Assembly: GCA_964609075.1 (NCBI GenBank)
Contig: CAZSQP010000004.1
Span: forward strand, 1-37,331
Reading direction: 5' to 3'
DNA length: 37,331 nt
DNA from: an uncultured Candidatus Saccharibacteria bacterium
Lineage (GTDB): Bacteria > Patescibacteriota > Minisyncoccia > Minisyncoccales > GWA2-38-27
The notes beneath the pieces are model-generated. The model saw only the letters and a list, made by a program, of their open reading frames with translations. It did not search any database and was not told the DNA's origin. The position numbers and the translations under genes were made by a program. Below are positions 1 through 7,225 of the stretch, piece by piece (position 1 is the first letter of the stretch; each line of letters begins with the position of its first letter).

Positions 1-5
1 GATTT

Positions 6-31
6 CCACCTATTCTTTTAGGTGGTTTTTT
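6..31 (+). terminator. Rho-independent terminator of the gene lying upstream of the window
   Basis: ccacct (6-11) pairs with aggtgg (20-25), 8-nt loop, then T6 (26-31). Confidence 0.6.
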
Positions 32-39
32 GATAGAAT
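31..39 (+). promoter_or_regulatory. Extended -10-like element TGaTAGAAT
   Basis: TG-n-TAGAAT ends 8 nt before the ATG at 48. It follows the pattern seen at other operon starts in this window. Confidence 0.3.
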
Positions 40-47
40 AAAATATT

Positions 48-926
48 ATGAAGACATCATTTCACAGAATTAAAACAAAAGATCATTTAGAGCTCCACGG
101 ATTGCTTTATCAGCCAGACAATAAAACTGAGACTGTTTTAGCTCATGTTCATGGGATGGCTGGTAACTTCTACGAGAACAAATGGTTGGACCAAGTGGCA
201 AAAATTTTAACAGAAAACAATATAGCTTTTTGTCCTTTTAATAATCGTGGCAACGGGCATGTTACCACCCTTATTCAAAGAAAGGATGGAAAGATTAATT
301 ACCCTAAAATAGGAAATACTTACGAGAAGTTTGAGGATTGTCTTATGGATATAGAGGCTCATATTGATTTTTTAGAAGAAAAGGGCTTTAAAAATATACA
401 TTTGTCAGGTCACAGTTTGGGCGCTCCCAAGGTCGCCTATTACGCATCTAAAACAAAAGACAATAGGTTGAAGTCAGTTATCTTTCTTTCTCCTTCTGAT
501 ATGCTTGGTTTAGTTAGGGATGATATGGCAACTTTCAAAAGAGATATTACGGAGGCCGAGAAAAAGAAGAGAAGCGGGAAAGGAAATGAGCTAATGACTA
601 ACGATATCTGGGGAGAATGTCCAGTTTCAGCAGATACTTATTTAAGTCTCTTTAGTGAAAATTCTGAAGTAGCAATCTTCAGTTTTCACAAGCTCGATGA
701 TGAATTTAAAGCATTATCACAGATTCCCCATCCCATTTTTGCTTTAATGGGTAGGAAAGATGATGTTTTGGTTATTCCTATAGAGAAGATTATGAAAATA
801 ATAGAAAAAAAAGCGAAATCAAGTTTAAAATGCGAGACAGAGATCTTAGGAGATGCAGATCATGGATATAAGGGATATGAAAAAAAAGTCGCTAAAAGTA
901 TTTTGAATTGGCTTCAGAAATTTTAA
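48..926 (+). CDS. Alpha/beta-fold serine hydrolase
   Basis: 292-aa ORF. It has a GHSLG nucleophile elbow, a later acidic GRKDDV segment and a C-terminal GDADHGY, consistent with a Ser-Asp-His triad. Confidence 0.75.
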   Translation: MKTSFHRIKTKDHLELHGLLYQPDNKTETVLAHVHGMAGNFYENKWLDQVAKILTENNIAFCPFNNRGNGHVTTLIQRKDGKINYPKIGNTYEKFEDCLMDIEAHIDFLEEKGFKNIHLSGHSLGAPKVAYYASKTKDNRLKSVIFLSPSDMLGLVRDDMATFKRDITEAEKKKRSGKGNELMTNDIWGECPVSADTYLSLFSENSEVAIFSFHKLDDEFKALSQIPHPIFALMGRKDDVLVIPIEKIMKIIEKKAKSSLKCETEILGDADHGYKGYEKKVAKSILNWLQKF

Positions 927-931
927 ATTTC

Positions 932-968
932 TATCAAACAGGTTCTAATATCATCCAGTCCGTGTAGC
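932..968. repeat. Copy 1 of a 37-nt imperfect direct repeat (partner at 2304-2340)
   Basis: tatcaaacaggttctaatatcatccagtccgtgtagc. 31/37 identical to copy 2, and 5 of the 6 differences are transitions. It starts 6 nt after the hydrolase stop codon. Confidence 0.75.
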
Positions 969-1011
969 CAAGTTGTATGTTCAAACTGCTCTCGTAATAA
1001 GGACGGTTTTT

Positions 1012-1020
1012 TGGTAAAAT
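1012..1020 (+). promoter_or_regulatory. Extended -10 promoter element TGgTAAAAT (leaderless-type)
   Basis: TG-n-TAAAAT ends 6 nt before the ATG at 1027. Confidence 0.4.
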
Positions 1021-1026
1021 AAAAAT

Positions 1027-1881
1027 ATGGAAAAGATTGTTATTCCTAAACCAAAAAATGATTCTCTTTTAGCACAATTAGAATCTTTGTATAAAACTTT
1101 TGAGGGTATTAAATCAAGAAAAAATTTAATTTTTGATTTGTCTTTAATTGATTGGGCTTGTCCTCTATTAATATTACCAATAAGTGCATATGTTAATAGT
1201 ACCCAGAGCAGTTGCGAAATAGAAGGTTCACCCGTTAAGTCTTATTTAGAAAAAATAGTTTTTCCAAAAGGTGTAGATTCTCTCTCATTATTTCAGAGAA
1301 AAGTTCAAAGATATAAAAGTTTCATACCGATAAGTGTATTAAAAAAGGAGGCAGGGGCATCGAGAGAAAGATTGGAATCTTTATTTTCAGAAAAAATATA
1401 TGAAACGCTTGGCAATGTTTCAGGAGCGCGAAATGCGGTTTGTTATCCAATAGCGGAACTGGTAACCAATATATTTGAACATAGTAAAAAAGATACAGGG
1501 TTTATCTTTGGTCAATTTTATCCCACCAAGGGTTATCTGGATATCTGTATTGTGGATTATGGAAGGGGGTTTGCAAGGGCATATAAAGAGGAGAAAGGAG
1601 TAGAGCTGTCTGATAGTGAAGCAATTTCTGAAGCCATGAAGGGCAACTCAGTAAAACCAGAGAAAGAAAGAGGATATGGAATTTGGACATCAAAAAAGAT
1701 TATATGTAATGTTTTAAATGGAGGCGGGTTTATCTTGATATCAGGATCCTCTGGATTGATTGCGAAAAAGCAAGAAGAAAAATTAACTTCTTTTCCGGAG
1801 TTTTACTGGCAAGGAACGATTATCGCGTATAGAATACCAAAACCATCAGGGGCACTTGATATTTCTCCGTTTTTAGAGTAG
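1027..1881 (+). CDS. GHKL/HATPase-like ATP-binding protein (RsbW/SpoIIAB-like C-terminal half, unassigned N-terminal ~130 aa)
   Basis: 284-aa ORF. N-box-like ELVTNIFEHS, G1-like DYGRGF and G2-like ERGYGIW appear in the order expected for a Bergerat ATP-binding fold. I see no His-kinase dimerisation/phosphoacceptor region. Confidence 0.6.
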   Translation: MEKIVIPKPKNDSLLAQLESLYKTFEGIKSRKNLIFDLSLIDWACPLLILPISAYVNSTQSSCEIEGSPVKSYLEKIVFPKGVDSLSLFQRKVQRYKSFIPISVLKKEAGASRERLESLFSEKIYETLGNVSGARNAVCYPIAELVTNIFEHSKKDTGFIFGQFYPTKGYLDICIVDYGRGFARAYKEEKGVELSDSEAISEAMKGNSVKPEKERGYGIWTSKKIICNVLNGGGFILISGSSGLIAKKQEEKLTSFPEFYWQGTIIAYRIPKPSGALDISPFLE

Positions 1882-1934
1882 AATTATATGTCTGCATATC
1901 TTTTATTAATTATTGTGATATAATAAATAAAAAC

Positions 1935-2288
1935 ATGACCAGAAAGAAAACGCAAAAAAAATTAATTATTTCACATTTGTTAGCCTCGATTATAAGCTCT
2001 CGTGATGTGATTAATATATTGGAGAAAAACATTAAAAAAACCAATGCTAATTTAGTTATCTTGGATTTTTCCAATGTTAAATTTATTTCTCGTTCTGCTG
2101 CTCATGCTTTACTTTTAATGCGAGAGAAGTTGCAACCAAGAAAAGATATTTCCTTTGTGAATACCAATGAAGATGTATCAAACATGTTGCGTATTGTAGC
2201 AGCAAACAGAGCTGTTTCTAAAAAGAAAAAACCAGAATTTAAACCCAAGAAGACCAATATTAAATCTTTGTTTGAGTCCTTGGCTTAA
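1935..2288 (+). CDS. STAS-like domain protein (DUF4325-like)
   Basis: 117-aa ORF. The segment LVILDFSNVKFISRSAAHALL resembles the core of STAS-like/DUF4325 proteins. It sits directly downstream of the HATPase-like gene. Confidence 0.55.
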   Translation: MTRKKTQKKLIISHLLASIISSRDVINILEKNIKKTNANLVILDFSNVKFISRSAAHALLLMREKLQPRKDISFVNTNEDVSNMLRIVAANRAVSKKKKPEFKPKKTNIKSLFESLA

Positions 2289-2303
2289 AAGGTATTTATT
2301 TTT

Positions 2304-2340
2304 TATCAAATAGGTTCTAACATCGTCCAGTCCACGGAGC
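2304..2340. repeat. Copy 2 of the 37-nt imperfect direct repeat (partner at 932-968)
   Basis: tatcaaataggttctaacatcgtccagtccacggagc. It starts 16 nt after the stop codon of the STAS-like gene. Confidence 0.75.
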
Positions 2341-2367
2341 TGCTGTACACGTATATCTCAAAAACTT

Positions 2368-2397
2368 TTGACAAGACTATACAGATTTGTATATAAT
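2368..2397 (+). promoter_or_regulatory. Sigma70-like promoter TTGACA-N18-TATAAT
   Basis: ttgaca at 2368-2373 and tataat at 2392-2397. Confidence 0.4.
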
Positions 2398-2419
2398 GAA
2401 AGTACTATGATCACTGCTC

Positions 2420-2447
2420 CTGCCTTCGGGCAAGGGCAGTTTTTTTT
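2420..2447 (+). terminator. Rho-independent terminator
   Basis: ctgcctt (2420-2426) pairs with aagggcag (2432-2439; 7 bp including one G-U), 6-nt loop, then T8 (2440-2447). Confidence 0.6.
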
Positions 2448-2467
2448 ATGATATAATGAATATGTTT

Positions 2468-2476
2468 TGGTATAAT
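2468..2476 (+). promoter_or_regulatory. Extended -10 element TGgTATAAT
   Basis: TG-n-TATAAT lies 26 nt upstream of the ATG at 2503. A second TGaTATAAT sits at 2449-2457. Confidence 0.35.
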
Positions 2477-2502
2477 AATAAAATATAAATAATCATAAAT
2501 AT

Positions 2503-5109
2503 ATGAACAAAAAACTCCTAATATATATATTAATAGCTATTGTTATAGTTATTACTTTAGCTGTAGGAACATTTTTAATATTAAGAAATGGTAAGTCTTC
2601 AGGTGAGGAAAGCGCCAAAACAGGAGAAATTGAAATAGTTGATTATTCTCCCCAAAAAGGGCCTGCTGGCTCATCTGTTTTTTTAAAGCTTAATTCGGTT
2701 CCGGATCAGTTTAAAGTAATGTATAACAATAAAGAAATTGCTGTTGAAGGCATATCAGAAGATACTGTGAGAATAGCGACTCCCTATGATATCGGATCAG
2801 GAGATATTCAAGTCAAATCAGGGAATAATGTAAGCAATTCAGTTCGCTTTACAGTTGAAGAGATGGAATTATTAGAATTAGCTTCTGAAACAGTAAATCC
2901 TTCTTCAGAGAAGCAAACAATAAGTTATGGAGACAAGATTGAAGTAACCCTCTCTCCTGGTTTGCTAAAAGAGTCAAAAAAACTTACCATTTCAGAGGTT
3001 AAAAATGCTCCCTCCAGTTTTATCAGCGAACAGACGGAAACTTATTCATTTGATGTCTCCTTAGAAGGAATGGAACAGCTGGACGGATATGTTGAAATAG
3101 GAGTGAAGTACGATCCTAATCTTTTGGATCCTGACAAAAATACTGAAGATCAATTTGTAGCTATGCGCTGGGATGAAGATGAAAATTACTGGGTTACTCT
3201 CCCCACCAGAGTCGATAACCAAAACCAAACTCTCTATATGCTCACAGATCACTTAACAGGCTTTGAATGGGGTATAATAGGGGCAGCTGTTTTGATCAGC
3301 AAGCCTGTTACTTTAGCTGGTGAGAAGCTTCTTAACAATTCTTATGTAACCTCTCAAGGAAACTTTAAAATTCTTTACAGTAAAGACGCAATAGAAGAAG
3401 ATGTCTCTTTAAATGATGATTGGTGGACAAAAAAGACTTATCCTGATGCAGGCCGGATAGATTATAAGTCTAATTATCCCAAAGTTATACAAGATGTAGG
3501 CAGTCTTTTTGAAACAGCCTTAGCCAGTTATATTAATTTGGGCTTTGAAAATCCAGTTAAGATAAAGGAGGAGTGGATAGGTACGGAAACGTATAAAAAA
3601 CCTATTATAGTTAAAATAGATTCCTGGTGGCTAGCTGTTACCGGCGAGCCTAATTACGAAAAGATATGGCAGAGAATTCATATACCAAGTATAAGATTAA
3701 AAGACAAAGACCTCATGAAAGCGACAATAGGGCATGAGCTGTTTCACAGGATGCAGGCAGAATATTATGGCAGAACAGGCTTCTTAGCTCCCAGCAGAGC
3801 CTGGTGGATTGAAGCTACGGCAGAATATGCAGGTCATAATGTTGCCTGGCCAGATGATATACCGGGACTAAATAATCAGGTAGGAATAGATTTCTTGAAT
3901 CATTCTATTTCTACTAAAGGATTAATTGAAGGAAATGGATGGTCCGAAAAAAGATATGAATATGCTTCAGCTGTCTTTATAAAGTATTTAGTTGAAAATA
4001 AAAGTTTGAATTTCAGAGAAATGGTTGAATACGGAAAAGAAGGAAATATTATGGAAAGATTGGATTCTTTTATCAGAAGCAAAGGCGGAGATCTCCTGGG
4101 TTATTACAGAGATTTTGCTGCCTGGGCTGCTTTTTCAAGCAATTCCTTTTTAGCAAAATATCCTTTGGCTGTATTTGGGGATGATAATGCATCTGATATA
4201 GTCAGTAAGAAAAACAGCATATCTTTATCAGACAACCAATCTTCTCTTGATATTGAAATAAATTCAACTGACGGGCAAGATACATTTGTAAGCGTCTTTA
4301 AACTAGCGGGAAGAAGTCCAGAAATTCCTTCGCCCTTAGTCAACTTGTCAGTCTTGTCTGGATCTGATCAAACCTCAATTGATGCTGAGCCCGGAGATGT
4401 TATATATCTTCTAGCTGTAAAAGGAAGTGGTAACGACAAACCAGTGAATGCCTTTGTTAGGAACAAAGGAGAAGAAAAGGAAGGTGAGGTTAGGCATACA
4501 TTTAATTTAAAAGATGATTATTCAGCTGAAATATGGGCTGTGAAGATTGAAGGAGCTTTAAAGCTTACAGGGAAATTTATAGGAGGCATAGAAGGGATGG
4601 GATACGGCCAAGAAGTTTACAGAGTAGGAAATACACAATACAGAATAGATATTGAAGGAGGAGTTACATTGTACATAGATTCAAATTGTGAGCTCTGGTA
4701 TCATCCTGAAATAGAAGAGGAAGGATGTGTTTATGATATCAGTGGTTCTTCTGAAGGCTGGTATAATCTTTATTCAAGAGACAAAGTAACCCTAAGCTCT
4801 GGTGAAAGCTATTGGGAAGAGTGGGAGCTCCATCCTTATGGAGACGCAAAGCCGGATTTAGCAGGAGACAGCTTGGCAGGAGTTATCAATAGTCTGGAGA
4901 ATTCATACTATCAGGCAAAATTAAATGATTTTTACTTCTTAATCAGGCCTTCAAAAAATGAGCCGAATATAATAAACAGTTTTCAAGGAGAGTATGATCC
5001 TAGTACAAATAAGTTTTATGCCGAATCTTTTGTTAACGCTATTCCCGGCAAAGGAGTATATGTGAAATGGGAAAGCCAGCCAGTTGAGACTAATTTTAAA
5101 AAAGAATAG
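2503..5109 (+). CDS. Membrane-anchored extracellular protein with an IPT/TIG-like domain and an HEXXH...E gluzincin-like metalloprotease motif
   Basis: 868-aa ORF. It has an N-terminal hydrophobic anchor (LLIYILIAIVIVITLAVGTFLIL) and an IPT-like segment (IVDYSPQKGPAGSSVFLKLNS...IQVKSGNNVSNSVRFTV). HELFH is encoded at 3733-3747 and is followed 22 residues later by WWIEATAEY, which resembles the M1-type WLNEGFA. Confidence 0.6.
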   Translation: MNKKLLIYILIAIVIVITLAVGTFLILRNGKSSGEESAKTGEIEIVDYSPQKGPAGSSVFLKLNSVPDQFKVMYNNKEIAVEGISEDTVRIATPYDIGSGDIQVKSGNNVSNSVRFTVEEMELLELASETVNPSSEKQTISYGDKIEVTLSPGLLKESKKLTISEVKNAPSSFISEQTETYSFDVSLEGMEQLDGYVEIGVKYDPNLLDPDKNTEDQFVAMRWDEDENYWVTLPTRVDNQNQTLYMLTDHLTGFEWGIIGAAVLISKPVTLAGEKLLNNSYVTSQGNFKILYSKDAIEEDVSLNDDWWTKKTYPDAGRIDYKSNYPKVIQDVGSLFETALASYINLGFENPVKIKEEWIGTETYKKPIIVKIDSWWLAVTGEPNYEKIWQRIHIPSIRLKDKDLMKATIGHELFHRMQAEYYGRTGFLAPSRAWWIEATAEYAGHNVAWPDDIPGLNNQVGIDFLNHSISTKGLIEGNGWSEKRYEYASAVFIKYLVENKSLNFREMVEYGKEGNIMERLDSFIRSKGGDLLGYYRDFAAWAAFSSNSFLAKYPLAVFGDDNASDIVSKKNSISLSDNQSSLDIEINSTDGQDTFVSVFKLAGRSPEIPSPLVNLSVLSGSDQTSIDAEPGDVIYLLAVKGSGNDKPVNAFVRNKGEEKEGEVRHTFNLKDDYSAEIWAVKIEGALKLTGKFIGGIEGMGYGQEVYRVGNTQYRIDIEGGVTLYIDSNCELWYHPEIEEEGCVYDISGSSEGWYNLYSRDKVTLSSGESYWEEWELHPYGDAKPDLAGDSLAGVINSLENSYYQAKLNDFYFLIRPSKNEPNIINSFQGEYDPSTNKFYAESFVNAIPGKGVYVKWESQPVETNFKKE

Positions 5110-5391
5110 TAAATTGCATCTGTTTTTATGGGAGGATTTTAGTTATTTCTTGCTTTATTGTCTTGGATAGAGCCACTAAATGGTTTTTTAGATTATTCTT
5201 TCTCTTTTTAAAAAAGCGGCTCTTGAGGAAATACTAGTACTGTTAGAAAAAAAGAACATGAGATTATTCATGTCATGGAATTTTAAATTATTTAAAAATT
5301 AAATTCATAATTAAGAAAAATCTATACTGTCTTAAAATATCCCATATTATTTTCAGTTTTTTTGATTATTATTTTTTTACATCGAAGAAAT

Positions 5392-5420
5392 TTGACAGGG
5401 TTTTTTAAAAAATATAAACT
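5392..5420 (+). promoter_or_regulatory. Sigma70-like promoter TTGACA-N17-TAAACT
   Basis: ttgaca at 5392-5397, exactly 17 nt of spacer, taaact at 5415-5420. It lies in an otherwise featureless AT-rich gap just upstream of the GC-rich island. Confidence 0.5.
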
Positions 5421-5426
5421 AGTATA

Positions 5427-5653
5427 AGTTGTTCTTTAGATGTCTGCGCGGACGTGCTGTACCAGAGAGGGGTGACACAAGGTCCTAGTTAAGGGAAAGA
5501 ACATGGATCCGCCCAAGGGTCGTCACAAGGGACGCAAGGAGAGTCACAGCGACCACGCGAACGAAGACGAAGCCCTCGAGCCCGACTAGCCAACACCGGC
5601 AACCAGCTCGAGAGAGTATGCGCCCCATTGATAAAAAATGGGGCGCTTTTTTT
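5427..5653 (+). ncRNA. Unclassified GC-rich structured-RNA candidate (alternatively a 5' leader/riboswitch-like element of tspO)
   Basis: Hand count gives 106/180 G+C for 5441-5620, against 10-25 % in flanking 60-nt blocks. It is bounded by a promoter and a perfect terminator hairpin. Internal helices: 5430-5437/5496-5503, 5450-5456/5476-5485, 5575-5581/5606-5612. The longest ORF is 28 aa. Confidence 0.5.
5620..5653 (+). terminator. Strong Rho-independent terminator
   Basis: gcgccccatt (5620-5629) pairs perfectly with aatggggcgc (5637-5646), 7-nt loop, then T7 (5647-5653). Confidence 0.8.
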
Positions 5654-5665
5654 ATTTTAATCTTA

Positions 5666-5674
5666 TGGTAAAAT
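5666..5674 (+). promoter_or_regulatory. Extended -10 promoter element TGgTAAAAT (leaderless-type)
   Basis: It ends 4 nt before the TTG at 5679 and 7 nt before the ATG at 5682. Confidence 0.4.
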
Positions 5675-5678
5675 AGTA

Positions 5679-6155
5679 TTGATGAAGTTAAATTATATTA
5701 CAATACCTTTGATCGTCATATTGGTTTCTTTAACGGGAAGCTATTTTACCTCTTTAGGAATGAGTTGGTATGATACTCTGACTCTTCCTTCATTTACTCC
5801 TCCAGGATATTTTATAGGAGCTGTTTGGACTGTTATCTTTATACTTACAGCAATATCTGCTCTTATTTTCTGGAATAAAAGGGAAGAGTTTAAAAGAAAG
5901 AAACTGATTATTGTTTTCTTTTTAATTAACGCCTTTTTGAATATCTTCTGGAGCTTTCTATTCTTTACTTCTCATTTAATAGGGCTGGCTTTAATTGAAG
6001 CTGTCCTTCTTGAGATATCCGTTATATCCTTAATGATTCTTCTTTATCCTAAGTCTAAAACAGCTTCAGCTCTTTTGATTCCTTACAGCGCCTGGACATT
6101 ATTCGCTATTTATTTAAATTATTTAATCTTTTCTTTAAATGTCTCAATACTATAA
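5679..6155 (+). CDS. tspO: TspO/MBR family tryptophan-rich sensory protein
   Basis: 158-aa ORF with five hydrophobic segments and WYDTLTLPSFTPPGYFIGAVWTVIF, typical of TspO. The real start is probably the ATG at 5682. Confidence 0.8.
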   Translation: MMKLNYITIPLIVILVSLTGSYFTSLGMSWYDTLTLPSFTPPGYFIGAVWTVIFILTAISALIFWNKREEFKRKKLIIVFFLINAFLNIFWSFLFFTSHLIGLALIEAVLLEISVISLMILLYPKSKTASALLIPYSAWTLFAIYLNYLIFSLNVSIL

Positions 6156-6903
6156 TCCAAAAAGAACCTCTAATTTATTTGATCCTGATTCAAGAGAGCC
6201 TTTTAGGCTTAGTCGCTCTAAGATAGATTTATTCTTGGAGTGTCCAAGATGTTTTTATCTGGATAGAAGATTAGGTATAGCTCGTCCTCCGGGATATCCT
6301 TTCAGCTTGAACAGTGCTGTAGATAAGCTTTTGAAAAAAGAGTTTGATTCTCATAGAGCAGAAGGATCTTCTCATCCTTTGATGGAAGAATATGGTATTG
6401 ATGCTGTTCCTTTTCAGCACGAAAATATGGAAGAATGGCGTGATAACAGAAAAGGAGTTCGCTATCTTCATAGAAAGGCCAATCTTCTTTTAACAGGAGC
6501 TGTAGATGATATTTGGGTAAATCCTAAAGGCGAGCTTCTGGTTATAGAGTATAAGGCGACATCCAAGAATGGAGAGGTTTCTCTTGATGCTGATTGGCAG
6601 ATAAGTTACAAGAGACAGGTAGAGTTTTATCAGTGGCTTTTAAGAAGGAACGGTTTTCAGGTTTCAGACGACAGTTATTTTGTCTATTGTAACGGGAATA
6701 CAGATCTAGAAGCTTTTGACAAGAAGATAGAGTTTGATATTAAAGTTATTCCGTATAAGGGTAGTGATAACTGGGTGGAGGATGCTGTTCTAGAAGCTAA
6801 AGAATGCCTTATGGGAGATGAAATACCCAAAGCCTCTGAAGATTGTGACTTCTGTGCCTATAGAAAAGAGACTTCTAATGTGGAAAACTCCCTTTCTTTC
6901 TAA
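6139..6903 (+). CDS. PD-(D/E)XK nuclease, Cas4/RecB-like with four Cys
   Basis: 254-aa ORF. GAVDDIW...LLVIEYKAT gives a D...E-x-K catalytic motif. Cys pairs occur as CPRC near the N-terminus and CDFC near the C-terminus. Confidence 0.65.
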   Translation: MSQYYNPKRTSNLFDPDSREPFRLSRSKIDLFLECPRCFYLDRRLGIARPPGYPFSLNSAVDKLLKKEFDSHRAEGSSHPLMEEYGIDAVPFQHENMEEWRDNRKGVRYLHRKANLLLTGAVDDIWVNPKGELLVIEYKATSKNGEVSLDADWQISYKRQVEFYQWLLRRNGFQVSDDSYFVYCNGNTDLEAFDKKIEFDIKVIPYKGSDNWVEDAVLEAKECLMGDEIPKASEDCDFCAYRKETSNVENSLSF

Positions 6904-6955
6904 AAATAGGATATAATGAAGTAACAAAGGTCGCAATTTAAATAGAAATAATATT

Positions 6956-7165
6956 ATGAAAGCTTTAAAAATTATTTCTCTAGTATTAGTTATTATCGGA
7001 GGTTTGAACTGGGGTTTAGTCGGCCTGCTTAATTTTGATTTGGTAGCTGCTATCTTTGGATCAATGTCTGTTATTTCAAGAGTAGTTTATGTTCTTGTAG
7101 GTTTGGCAGCCCTGGTTATGATCCTTGTTTCTCTTAAGAAAGAGAACAAAGGAGTTGAGGCCTAA
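6956..7165 (+). CDS. DUF378-type small membrane protein
   Basis: 69-aa ORF with two hydrophobic helices and IGGLNWGLVGLLNFDLV, characteristic of DUF378. Confidence 0.65.
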   Translation: MKALKIISLVLVIIGGLNWGLVGLLNFDLVAAIFGSMSVISRVVYVLVGLAALVMILVSLKKENKGVEA

Positions 7166-7178
7166 ACTTCTTTAAATG

Positions 7179-7212
7179 AAGCTCTGTCTTTTTTGAGGCG
7201 GAGCTTTTTTTT
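7179..7212 (+). terminator. Rho-independent terminator
   Basis: aagctctg (7179-7186) pairs with cggagctt (7199-7206), 12-nt loop, followed by a T-run through 7212. Confidence 0.55.
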
Positions 7213-7220
7213 GGTAAAAT
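7212..7220 (+). promoter_or_regulatory. Extended -10 promoter element TGgTAAAAT
   Basis: It ends 5 nt before the ATG at 7226 (small ORF). Confidence 0.4.
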
Positions 7221-7225
7221 AATGT

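Noticed and set aside
932-968. The 37-nt repeat as a tRNA 3' fragment (GGTTC...CCA-like) or an integron attC site.
   Set aside because: GGTTCTAATATCATCC cannot form a T-arm. No acceptor-stem complement is present. I could not find the paired RYYYAAC/GTTRRRY cores or the imperfect palindrome expected of attC, and no integrase is nearby.
5110-5391. Small ORFs or a decayed gene in the AT-rich part of the 569-nt gap.
   Set aside because: Only ORFs of 26 codons or fewer occur on either strand, with no hydrophobic or motif-like character. The 6-bp inverted repeat acatga/tcatgt near 5255-5275 is too weak to call.
5440-5589. TGA recoding (genetic code 25 or 4), which would merge the two small ORFs in the GC island into one 49-codon ORF.
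   Set aside because: Many well-supported genes in the window terminate at TGA, often in ATGA overlaps, and have family-typical lengths under the standard code.
5440-5653. The GC-rich island as a tmRNA. GCG AAC GAA GAC GAA GCC CTC GAG CCC GAC TAG reads ANEDEALEPD*, which vaguely recalls the ANDENYALAA tag.
   Set aside because: There is no tRNA-like 5' GGGG...TTCGAC or 3' GGTTCGA..CCACCA domain. The element is about 230 nt rather than about 350 nt. The putative tag lacks the hydrophobic (L/V)AA terminus.
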